Source: Armatimonadota bacterium (GTDB taxonomy: Bacteria; Sysuimicrobiota; Sysuimicrobiia; Sysuimicrobiales; Humicultoraceae). Taken from it: a DNA stretch of 15,615 nucleotides. Position 1 is the stretch's first letter; each line of letters opens with the position of its first letter. The position numbers and the translations under genes were made by a program. The notes beneath the pieces are model-generated. The model saw only the letters and a program-made list of their open reading frames with translations. It was not told the origin of the DNA and did no database searches. Where the stretch lies: NCBI GenBank assembly GCA_037446215.1, contig JBBIJB010000057.1, positions 1-15,615 on the forward strand. Reading direction: 5' to 3'. Shown piece after piece: positions 1-7,114 of the stretch.

Positions 1-185
1 CCCTTTGCGGCCTTCAGGAACTCAGCCGACCCCTTCACCTTGGTGAACCGGGCCAGCGCCTCGTCGATGCCCTTGTCGATGTCCTGGCGCGACTTCGCGA
101 CGGACTCCCCCGGGAGCGCCAGGCTGCCCACGAGGAACAGGGCAACTGCCCAAGCGATGGTCCGGATGGTTTTTCCTGTCGGCAT
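1..185 (-). CDS. Lipid-binding SYLF/YSC84-like exported protein, 5' part only (runs off the left edge)
   Basis: Not in the ORF track. Manual translation from ATG at 185 gives MPTGKTIRTIAWAVALFLVGSLALPGESVAKSRQDIDKGIDEALARFTKVKGSAEFLKAAKG. This is a signal peptide followed by an 'ID..IDEAL.RF...GS.E.L..AKG' segment resembling bacterial YSC84/SYLF N-termini. AAGGGG SD-like sequence lies upstream. Confidence 0.7.
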   Translation of the reverse strand, partial: MPTGKTIRTIAWAVALFLVGSLALPGESVAKSRQDIDKGIDEALARFTKVKGSAEFLKAAK

Positions 186-329
186 CACTTCCGTCCCCCT
201 TCGGGTCGTGCCCTGGCAGGGCTCCCCCTACACGGCAATAGTAACCCACTCCACCCTACCAGTATTCTCTACTGAACAGCGGAATGCCTTGCCGAGCCCC
301 CGCTCGGGAGCTCTTGCAGCCCCCGCGAT

Positions 330-384
330 CTTCATCCAACCTTCACGATCGCCTCACGCGCGCTTCATCGGCGGCGACTAACCT
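330..384 (+). promoter_or_regulatory. Putative OmpR/PhoB-family activated promoter: four direct repeats at 11-bp period plus a -10-like hexamer
   Basis: CTTCAT (330), CTTCAC (341), CCTCAC (352) and CTTCAT (363) start exactly 11 bp apart. TAACCT (TAnnnT) is at 379-384, upstream of the CDS at 453. Confidence 0.6.
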
Positions 385-452
385 CGGAGTTGAACGACAG
401 CGCCTCCGAGGATCTCCAGACAGTGTTTCGGAGGCAACAGGAGGTAGGAGCG

Positions 453-953
453 ATGAGAGCGATGAGAGCGACATTGGTGGCCTCGGCAGTTGTCGTAGTG
501 CTGCTCGCCACGTCCGTGGCGCCCGCCCTGGCGGCGGGGCCCAGGTGGGGAGCCGGGCGGGGTCCCGGCGCGGGTATCGCCGCAGCGATCCCCGCCGACG
601 TCCACAAGGCGATAGAGGCGGCCACGCAGGCCGCCGCGGCCAGGGTTCTCAAGATAACCCCGGCCGAGCTCGAGAAGGAGCGCGCGGCCGGGAAGACCAT
701 GGCGTACCTTGCAGGGGCCAAGGGCGTGCCGCCGCAGACCGTCTGGAACGCGATGCAGAACGCCCGCAAGTACGCCATCAACCAGGCGGCGGCCGCCGGC
801 AAGATAACGAAGGCCCAGGCGGATGCGCTGCTGCAGGCCGGTCCCCGGTTCGGCGTGACCGGTCAGCCCGGCGCCGATCAGCGTCCCGGCGGCGGCCCGC
901 GGGGCGGTCGCATGCGCGACGGAAGGATGCACAGGTTCGGCCCGGGGCGCTAG
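453..953 (+). CDS. Exported alpha-helical hypothetical protein (166 aa; possibly YckD/DUF2680-like)
   Basis: AGGAGG at 439-444 precedes ATG 453 (alternative ATG 462). Signal peptide ends ..APALA. Helical core ITPAELEKERAAGKTMAYLAGAKGV...AAAAGKITKAQADALL, with a Gly/Arg/Met-rich tail. Confidence 0.8.
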   Translation: MRAMRATLVASAVVVVLLATSVAPALAAGPRWGAGRGPGAGIAAAIPADVHKAIEAATQAAAARVLKITPAELEKERAAGKTMAYLAGAKGVPPQTVWNAMQNARKYAINQAAAAGKITKAQADALLQAGPRFGVTGQPGADQRPGGGPRGGRMRDGRMHRFGPGR

Positions 954-968
954 CCCCGAGCTGCACCA

Positions 969-1001
969 CCCGGCGGGGCGGACCGCCTCTGCCCCGCCGG
1001 G
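969..1001 (+). terminator. Strong GC hairpin after the 453-953 CDS (terminator-like or stabilising; no U-tract)
   Basis: CCCGGCGGGGCGGA-ccgcc-TCTGCCCCGCCGGG forms a 14-bp stem with one G-U pair, starting 15 nt after the TAG. Confidence 0.5.
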
Positions 1002-1016
1002 GCATCCCAGAACTGG

Positions 1017-1229
1017 AGGGCCGTAATCGCCAGGTTCGGGCAGGTGAGGCCCTTCACGACCATCCAGGAGGCCTGCAGGATCGCGGCCCAGACGGAGATC
1101 AAGAACGCCGCGATGTACGACCGGATGCTCAAGACCGTGAAGGAGGCCGACATCGTAGATGCCTTCACGCGGCTGCGCGACACATCCGTCAACCGTCATC
1201 TGCCGGCCTTTCAGCGCTGCGCGCAGTAG
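1017..1229 (+). pseudogene. Remnant of a DUF2202-like ferritin-fold gene (no N-terminus, in-frame internal deletion)
   Basis: Reads RAVIARFGQVRPF|TTIQEACRIAAQTEIKNAAMYDRMLKTVKEADIVDAFTRLRDTSVNRHLPAFQRCAQ*. It aligns to the paralog at 1264-1776 (shared LKTVKEADIVxAFT) but lacks 38 residues after RPF. No start codon precedes the homologous part. Confidence 0.75.
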
Positions 1230-1263
1230 CCGGCTCAGGCAGTACTAGAAGGGAGACACCATC

Positions 1264-1776
1264 GTGGATGCCACACACAGAAAGGCCAGAGGTACCAGGT
1301 TGCCGAAGTGGATCGGTGTGCTCGCGGTTGCCCTTACCCTGATTGTCGGGACAGCGGCGACCACCGGTGCCGCCGCCGCCCCGCTGAGCCCTCAGGGCCG
1401 GCAGGCGCTAATCGACTCAACGACGTCAGAGCTCAAGGCTCTGGCGTTCTACCAGGCCGTGGTCAGGAAGTTCGGCGACGAGCGGCCCTTCGTGAGCTGG
1501 ATCCGATCCGGCCCCGAGCGCATCGACGAGAACCTGAAGCCCCTCTTCTCCAAGTACGGGGTGCCCATGCCGGCCGTGCTCGACCCGACGAAGGTGGCGG
1601 CGCCGGCCTCATTCAAGGACGCGTGCCGCACCGCGGGTCAGCTCGAGGGCGAGCGCGTGGCGTTGTACGAGAAGTTCCTCAAGACGGTCAAGGAAGCGGA
1701 TATCGTCGCGGCCTTCACCGAGATGCGTGATGCCGCCAAACGCCGTCAGAACGGCGTGCGCGAGCACTGCGACTAA
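1264..1776 (+). CDS. Exported ferritin-like (DUF2202-related) protein with degenerate metal-ligand positions
   Basis: GAAGGGAG SD precedes the GTG. Signal peptide WIGVLAVALTLIVGTAATTGAAA. Contains family-like segments FYQAVVRKFGDERPF, LFSKYGVPMP, DAC and DIVAAFTEMRDA. Confidence 0.75.
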   Translation: MDATHRKARGTRLPKWIGVLAVALTLIVGTAATTGAAAAPLSPQGRQALIDSTTSELKALAFYQAVVRKFGDERPFVSWIRSGPERIDENLKPLFSKYGVPMPAVLDPTKVAAPASFKDACRTAGQLEGERVALYEKFLKTVKEADIVAAFTEMRDAAKRRQNGVREHCD

Positions 1777-1825
1777 CGGCCGCACGGGTGGCAGGCGGCC
1801 ATCCTGATACGAGAGGAGCAAGGAG

Positions 1826-2778
1826 ATGGGAGTGCAGCTCGGAGCGATAAGACGAAGACCCAAGGGCCTGGCCGCCCTGTGGAGCGTTCAGAGCTTCAGG
1901 TACCTGGTTCAGGCAGGCTTCCTGGCCACGGTCGTTGTGATGGCGGTCCGGCATGTGATTCTGCCCGAAGGCGCCCTCAACTCCCCACCGTCGCCCGAGG
2001 CATACTGCCCGTTCGGCGGTGTGGAGACGCTCTACAGATGGTTGACCACAGGCAAGTATATCCACCATGCCACCTCATCGAGCCTGTTCGTCCTCGGAGG
2101 CGTGCTGCTCGGATCGCTGGCCTTGAAGTCCTCGTTTTGCGGCTGGATCTGCCCGTTCGGGACCCTGCAGGAGGCGCTGACCGGCGTCACGCGGTTCTTC
2201 GAGCGCCGGTTCCGGCCGGTGGCTAGGTTTGCGAAGACCCTTAAGGCGCGCACAAGGGGATTGGAGACGCTTGATCGATACCTACGCTGGGGCAAGTACC
2301 TCGTGCTCGCCTACTTCCTATACGGCACGATCCTGGCCGCGCGGATGGTCACGCGGCCGCCATCCGCCGCGGTTTCGGCGCGCGGATGGTCTTCCGGCCC
2401 TACGACCCGTACATCACGGCGCTGAACATAACGGAGGCAACCCTAGGGCCCGGCCTCATCATCCTCATCGCCACCGTGGCCCTCTCGTTCTTCACGGAGC
2501 GGCCGTGGTGCAAGTACCTGTGCCCGCTCTCTCCGATCGTGGGGCTGGTGGGCAAGCTGGCGCCGGTCAAGATCGAGCGCACCGGCTCCTACTGCAAGGA
2601 CTGCGCCGTCTGCAGTACCGCGTGCCCGATGAACCTGCCCGTGGCCACGGCGAGCCGGATAACGGCCGTGGACTGCAACGACTGCCTGAAGTGCATCGCG
2701 GCCTGCCCGCGCACCGGCGCGCTCGACCTGACCTTGCGCTGGCCCTGGTCGAAGGCGCCCGGATCGCTGGCGTCGTAG
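1826..2778 (+). pseudogene. Membrane 4Fe-4S binding protein (NapH/MauN/YccM-like polyferredoxin), split by a 41-bp frameshifting insertion
   Basis: ORF 1826-2425 carries EAYCPFGG and FCGWICPFGTLQE. ORF 2386-2778 carries RPWCKYLCP and two CxxCxxCxxxCP motifs. Deleting 2351-2391 joins them into one 303-aa ORF (..ILAARMVFRPYDPY..). AGGAG SD at 1814-1818. Confidence 0.85.
2338..2391. repeat. Perfect 13-bp direct repeat flanking a 28-bp insert
   Basis: CGCGCGGATGGTC at 2338-2350 and 2379-2391, with spacer ACGCGGCCGCCATCCGCCGCGGTTTCGG. Confidence 0.95.
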
Positions 2779-2814
2779 CACGTGGGTCGAGACTTCTGGA
2801 GGGGGGGGAGTAAA

Positions 2815-3159
2815 GTGCGACTGAACTCTTACCTGTACGGTGCGATGGCGGTCTTCCTGTTCCTTGGGGTCATCTACGGCGGAAAGGCGCTGGGCAAGTG
2901 GAACACCAGCCATAGGGTCACGGCGTCTGGCGAGCAGATCACCATAGACGTCACCGATGTGGACACAATCAAGGGGTGGATGACCTTCGAGGACGTCTCG
3001 AAGGCGTTTGGGGTAGCGCCCGGCGAGATCTACGCCGCGATGAAGCTGCCCCCGGACACGCCTCCGGGAAAGCGGCTCAAGGACGTCATGCATGCCAACA
3101 AGATGGAGGTTGACGACCTGCGCGACTGGCTGAAGAAGCGGGTCAGCCCTGGGCGATGA
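2815..3159 (+). CDS. Small membrane-anchored hypothetical protein (114 aa), probable partner of the polyferredoxin
   Basis: GTG 2815 follows GGAGGGGGGGGAG. One N-terminal TM helix, then IKGWMTFEDVSKAFGV...LPPDTP...LKD, a motif I recall from C-terminal extensions of similar 4Fe-4S membrane proteins. Confidence 0.75.
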   Translation: MRLNSYLYGAMAVFLFLGVIYGGKALGKWNTSHRVTASGEQITIDVTDVDTIKGWMTFEDVSKAFGVAPGEIYAAMKLPPDTPPGKRLKDVMHANKMEVDDLRDWLKKRVSPGR

Positions 3160-3342
3160 TCGTGGGGGGCCCCTCTCCAGCGCGGCCACGACCGATCCAT
3201 CAGATGTAACCACGACGTTGTGGATGAACCTGAGTCCGGCGCGCCGCGCCGGGAACGCCTCCCACAGGAGCCGGAAGGAAGATCGGCGCCTGCCTAGGAA
3301 TGCCCTAGGGGGCCTGGCATCTGAAGGCCCTGGAGGCGCGCG

Positions 3343-3828
3343 ATGGAGATCAAGGTAGTCGGCTTCGACAAGCCCGACGAGGTGAACATCGTCATCGGGC
3401 AGAGCCACTTCATCAAGACGGTTGAAGATGTCCACGAGGCGCTGGTGACCGCGGTGCCCGGCATCAAGTTCGGGCTTGCCTTCTGCGAGTCGTCGGGGAA
3501 GCGCCTGATCAGGTGGACCGGGACCGATCAGGCGCTGATAGACCTCGCGCAGCGTAACGCCCAGGCGATAGGCGCCGGGCACTCGTTCGTGCTCTGCCTG
3601 GGCGCCGGGTTCTATCCGATCAACGTGCTGCCGGTGCTGAGGGCGGTGCCCGAGATCGTGCGGTTCTTCTGCGCCACCGCGAATCCCGCGCAGGTGATCG
3701 TGGCGGAGACGGAGCAGGGCCGCGGCATCCTCGGGGTCATCGACGGCGGGACGCCGCTGGGGGTCGAGGGGCCCGAGGACATCGCCTGGCGCAAGGAGTT
3801 CCTGCGCAAGATCGGCTACAAGCTTTGA
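3343..3828 (+). CDS. Adenosine-specific kinase family protein (DUF355)
   Basis: Diagnostic segments NIVIGQSHFIKTVED, KFGLAFCESSG, GAGHSF, YPINVL, FCATANP, GRGILGVIDG and FLRKIGYKL. GGAGG SD upstream. Confidence 0.92.
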   Translation: MEIKVVGFDKPDEVNIVIGQSHFIKTVEDVHEALVTAVPGIKFGLAFCESSGKRLIRWTGTDQALIDLAQRNAQAIGAGHSFVLCLGAGFYPINVLPVLRAVPEIVRFFCATANPAQVIVAETEQGRGILGVIDGGTPLGVEGPEDIAWRKEFLRKIGYKL

Positions 3829-5165
3829 GCCGGCCTCCCAAGCCGGCGGGGATGTTCGGCTTCTCCATAGTCTGGGTCGGGCAGTTCCTCTCGCTGTTCG
3901 GGTCGGCCATGACCCAGTTCGCGCTGATCATCTGGGCGTGGAAGCTCACCGGCTCGGCCACGGCGCTGGCGCTCGTGGCCTTCTTCTCCTTCGGCCCCAC
4001 CGTGGCGCTGAGCCCGATCGCCGGGGCGCTGGTGGACCGCTGGAGCCGCAAGCTCGTGATGATGCTCAGCGACCTGGCCGCGGGCCTGGCCACCATCGCC
4101 ATCCTGGTGCTCTACGCCACGGGCAGGCTGCAGATATGGCACCTCTACGCGGCGGGCGCCTTTGCTGGCGCGTTCCACGCCTTCCAGTGGCCGGCCTACT
4201 CCGCCGCCATCTCGATGATGCTGCCCAAGAGCCAGTACGCCCGCGCGAGCGGCATGGTCTCGCTGGCGGAGTCGGGCTCTCACGTGATGGCGCCGCTGGC
4301 CGCGGGGGTGCTGATCGGGATCATCGGAATCGCGGGCATCCTGATCATAGACATCGTGACCTTCGTTGCTGCTATCGGGGCGCTGCTGATCGTCCACGTG
4401 CCCTCGCCCCCCAGGACCGAGGCGGGCGCGAGGGGCCGGGGAGGGCTCTGGCAGGAGTCGCTCTACGGCTTCAGATACATACTGGAGCGGCCCAGCCTGC
4501 TGGGGCTGCAGCTCGTCTTCCTCGTGGGGAACCTGCTGTCGACGGTCGGGATGATCCTCCTGGCCCCGATGGTCCTCGCCCGCACCGGCAACAACCCGGC
4601 GGCGCTCGGAAGCGTCCAGTCCGCGGGCGCCATGGGAGGGGTGGTGGGGGCGCTCGCGCTGAGCGTCTGGGGTGGCCCGAAGCGCAGGGTGCACGGCGTG
4701 CTCGTGGGACACATCCTGGCCGGTCTGCTGGGGCATACCCTGATGGGGCTCGGCCGCGGCCTGCCGGCCTGGATCGCCGCGGCGTTCCTGGGCTGGATGA
4801 TCATCCCTATAGTCAACGGCTCGAACCAGGCGATCTGGATGGCGAAGGTGGCGCCGGATGTGCAGGGGCGGGTCTTCTCGGTGCGCCGGCTGATAGCGCA
4901 GATCAGCGCCCCGCTGGCGATGCTGGCCGCTGGGCCGCTGGCCGACCGGCTGTTCGAGCCGGGCATGATGGCCGGAGGCCGGCTGGCTCCGCTCTTCGGC
5001 CCGCTCGTGGGAACCGGGCAAGGATCTGGGATGGCGCTGATGATGGTCGGCGCCGGCGTGCTGGTGGCCGCTGCCGCCCTGTCCGCCTACGCCTTCCCGG
5101 TGGTTCGAGATGTCGAGGCGCTGATGCCGGACCACGATGCTGGGGGAGCCCCGGAGGCGTCGTGA
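3825..5165 (+). CDS. MFS transporter (DHA3/Mef-like efflux family)
   Basis: About 12 hydrophobic helices, WVGQFLSLFGSAMT and motif A-like GALVDRWSRK, and QGRVFS near the C-terminus. TTG start overlaps the upstream stop (TTGA); alternative ATG at 3852. Confidence 0.92.
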   Translation: MSRPPKPAGMFGFSIVWVGQFLSLFGSAMTQFALIIWAWKLTGSATALALVAFFSFGPTVALSPIAGALVDRWSRKLVMMLSDLAAGLATIAILVLYATGRLQIWHLYAAGAFAGAFHAFQWPAYSAAISMMLPKSQYARASGMVSLAESGSHVMAPLAAGVLIGIIGIAGILIIDIVTFVAAIGALLIVHVPSPPRTEAGARGRGGLWQESLYGFRYILERPSLLGLQLVFLVGNLLSTVGMILLAPMVLARTGNNPAALGSVQSAGAMGGVVGALALSVWGGPKRRVHGVLVGHILAGLLGHTLMGLGRGLPAWIAAAFLGWMIIPIVNGSNQAIWMAKVAPDVQGRVFSVRRLIAQISAPLAMLAAGPLADRLFEPGMMAGGRLAPLFGPLVGTGQGSGMALMMVGAGVLVAAAALSAYAFPVVRDVEALMPDHDAGGAPEAS

Positions 5166-6430
5166 GCGACGGCCGAGCGCCGGTCGAGCACGGGGCCGGA
5201 GCCGCCGCAGTTCGAGGCGGCGCGGAGGGCCTCTCACCCGGAGGGTTCCCCGCCGCGTTCGTGCTGCTATGGTTCGTGGTGCTGGTGGCCTTTGCCGGCA
5301 CCCAACTGCTGACGGCCAGCCTGCCCTTCTACGCGATCGAGCTCGGTGCCGACGAGTTGGCCGTCGGCATGATGACCGGCGTGATAGCCACGGTGGCTCT
5401 CGTCACGCGGCCGTTCGTGGGCTCCTGGATAGACATGGGGCACGGCCTCGCCGCACTGATAGTGGGCGCCCTGGTATTCGCGACCTGCTCGGCGGGCTTC
5501 TGGATGTCGTCGTCGGTCGCGCATCTTCTCGCGCTGAGAGCACTGTCAGGGGTCGCGATCGCGATGTTCGTGACCTCCAGCCAGACGCTCGCGGCCAACC
5601 TGGCTCCGATCAGGCGGCGCGGCGAGGGGATGAGCATGATGGGCGCCGCCTCCACGCTCTCGCAGGGATTCGCGCCCCCGGCAGGGGTCGCCCTGGTGCA
5701 GGCATCCGGCTACCAGGGCCTGTTCGCGGCCTCGACCGCCGCCGGACTGCTCAGCGCGGTCCTGGCGTCTCTCCTGCACCGGGTCCGCACCACCGCGGGG
5801 TGCTCGGAGCAGGAAGGGCCGGTGGCCGCGACAACCGGCGCGCCGCCCGTGCCCTCGAAGCCCCACAGACGCCGGCTGCTCCACCCTGGGGTGACTCTCC
5901 CCGGGCTGCTGGTCGTCTCGGTGGCGGTTACGTTCGGAGCCAACTTCGCTCTCCTCGCGGTGCACGCGGGCCGGCGCGGGCTCCCCAATCCCGGCACGGT
6001 CTTCATAGCGCACGCCGCGGGGCTGTTCCTGGCCCAGCTAATCGGGGGGCGGCTGTCGGACCGCTACGGCCGCACCGCCGCGATCCTTCCGGGCCTCGGG
6101 ATGTGCGCGGCCGGGATGTGGGCTATCGCCGCCCTCCCCGGCGCCTGGCTCTATCCGTCCGTGGCGCTCGTCGGGATGGGGCTCGGCGCCGCCTCTCCCT
6201 CGCTGTACGCCCTGGCGGCGGATCTCGTCCCGCCACCGGAACGCGGAAGCGCGATGGCCACGCTGGGGGTCTTTCACGAGATAGGGATAGGATCGGGAGC
6301 TGTTGGCGGCGGCCTGATCGCGCGCGCCTTCGGGCTCGATGTCATGTACGGCCTGGGAGGCGTGGCGCCCGCGATCGGTTTCCTGGCCGCCCTCGCCACC
6401 CTTCTGCCTCGCGCGCCCCGCGGGAAGTAA
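5162..6430 (+). CDS. MFS transporter (422 aa)
   Basis: C-terminal half of track ORF 3938-6430. GTG 5162 overlaps the upstream stop (GTGA). Motifs LPFYAIELGA, RPFVGSWID, RRGEGMS, GRLSDRYGR and PPERGSA. Confidence 0.9.
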   Translation: MSDGRAPVEHGAGAAAVRGGAEGLSPGGFPAAFVLLWFVVLVAFAGTQLLTASLPFYAIELGADELAVGMMTGVIATVALVTRPFVGSWIDMGHGLAALIVGALVFATCSAGFWMSSSVAHLLALRALSGVAIAMFVTSSQTLAANLAPIRRRGEGMSMMGAASTLSQGFAPPAGVALVQASGYQGLFAASTAAGLLSAVLASLLHRVRTTAGCSEQEGPVAATTGAPPVPSKPHRRRLLHPGVTLPGLLVVSVAVTFGANFALLAVHAGRRGLPNPGTVFIAHAAGLFLAQLIGGRLSDRYGRTAAILPGLGMCAAGMWAIAALPGAWLYPSVALVGMGLGAASPSLYALAADLVPPPERGSAMATLGVFHEIGIGSGAVGGGLIARAFGLDVMYGLGGVAPAIGFLAALATLLPRAPRGK

Positions 6431-6448
6431 CGGCGCCCCAGGTGCGTT

Positions 6449-6479
6449 ATCCGGTCTGTGACCAAGTCGTAAACCGGAT
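6449..6479 (+). promoter_or_regulatory. Inverted repeat/stem-loop immediately upstream of the ferritin SD
   Basis: ATCCGGT (6449-6455) pairs with ACCGGAT (6473-6479). Inner TGTGAC-caa-GTCGTA extends the stem with G-U pairs. AGGAGG begins at 6481. Confidence 0.4.
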
Positions 6480-6492
6480 CAGGAGGCAGACA

Positions 6493-6981
6493 ATGCTCTT
6501 CAGCGAGACGATGAACGCCAAGCTCAACGAGCAGATCGGGCACGAGTTCGGTGCTTCGATGGAGTACGTCTCCATCGCGGCCTACTTCGACGGCCAGAGC
6601 CTTCCCTTGCTGGCCAAGCATTTCTACCGGCAGGCCGAGGAGGAGCGCGAGCACGCCATGCGCATCCTTCACTTCGTCCTGGAAGCCGGCGGCAGGGTGG
6701 CCCTCCCCGCGATCCCGGCGCCCACGGCCGAGTTCGGCAGCGCGCAGGAGGCGCTGGAGGCTTCGCTCAAGTGGGAGATGACCGTGACCGGCCAGATCAA
6801 CGCCCTCGTTGCCCTCGCCAAGAAAGAGTCCGACTACCTGAGCGAGAACTTCCTCCAGTGGTTCGTGGCCGAGCAGCTCGAGGAGGTCTCCAGCATGGAG
6901 ACCCTGCTGAGCGTGATCAGGCGTGCCGGCGAAGGAGGCCTGCTGTTCGTCGAGGAGTACCTGGCGAGGCAGGCCAAGTAG
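6493..6981 (+). CDS. ftnA: Non-heme ferritin (162 aa)
   Basis: AGGAGG at 6481, ATG at 6493. Ferroxidase-centre pattern LNEQIGHEF..S..Y, QAEEEREHA, WE..VT..IN, FLQWFVAEQLEE. Confidence 0.93.
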   Translation: MLFSETMNAKLNEQIGHEFGASMEYVSIAAYFDGQSLPLLAKHFYRQAEEEREHAMRILHFVLEAGGRVALPAIPAPTAEFGSAQEALEASLKWEMTVTGQINALVALAKKESDYLSENFLQWFVAEQLEEVSSMETLLSVIRRAGEGGLLFVEEYLARQAK

Positions 6982-7046
6982 CGGCAGGGGGGATCGCGGC
7001 CGGCGGCCACGGCCGGCAAGGATAAACATACAGGCAGGAGGGCACT

Positions 7047-7112
7047 GTGGCCGATTTCCCAAGACCCGGCCTGCACAGAGTCACGTCGACCCGCCGGGGG
7101 TGGCGGTCCTGA
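7047..7112 (+). CDS. Possible 21-aa short ORF (MADFPRPGLHRVTSTRRGWRS) ahead of lhgO
   Basis: AGGAGG at 7036-7041 sits 5 nt before GTG 7047. Its TGA (7110-7112) ends 2 nt before the lhgO ATG at 7115. Confidence 0.3.
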   Translation: MADFPRPGLHRVTSTRRGWRS

Positions 7113-7114
7113 TC

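Noticed and set aside
382..435. Alternative pairings of 402-411 with either 382-389 or 428-435 as a riboswitch-like switch
   Set aside because: If TAACCT (379-384) is the -10 element, 382-389 is not transcribed and only one hairpin remains. No aptamer consensus is recognisable.
951..1229. Amber (pyrrolysine-type) readthrough: TAG at 951-953 is followed by a hairpin and an open frame into the ferritin-like remnant; in-frame TAG junctions also occur at 2776 and 8441
   Set aside because: TAG is the ordinary stop of many complete genes here (ferritin, dipeptidase, aldolase, permease). In-frame neighbours arise one time in three, the genes after 2776 and 8441 have their own SDs, and no pyl genes are visible.
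284..1342. 352-aa ORF and other long overlapping or antisense ORFs (e.g. 2443-3582, 3816-5237, 7340-8392, 10971-12455, 14253-15404)
   Set aside because: They are low-complexity shadow frames expected in high-GC coding DNA, overlap well-supported genes and have no recognisable motifs.
3265..3281. CAGGAGCCGGAAGGAAG resembles SRP RNA helix 8 (CAGGUCCGGAAGGAAGCAGC)
   Set aside because: It has an extra base, lacks the following CAGC, and I see no long enclosing stem.
3938..5161. N-terminal half of the 830-aa track ORF 3938-6430
   Set aside because: It is an Arg/Gly/Pro-rich alternative frame of the first MFS gene. The real second MFS starts near GTG 5162.
5137..6492. Long N-terminal extension on ferritin (614-aa track ORF)
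   Set aside because: It is an off-frame read of the second MFS gene. Ferritin has its own AGGAGG and ATG at 6493.
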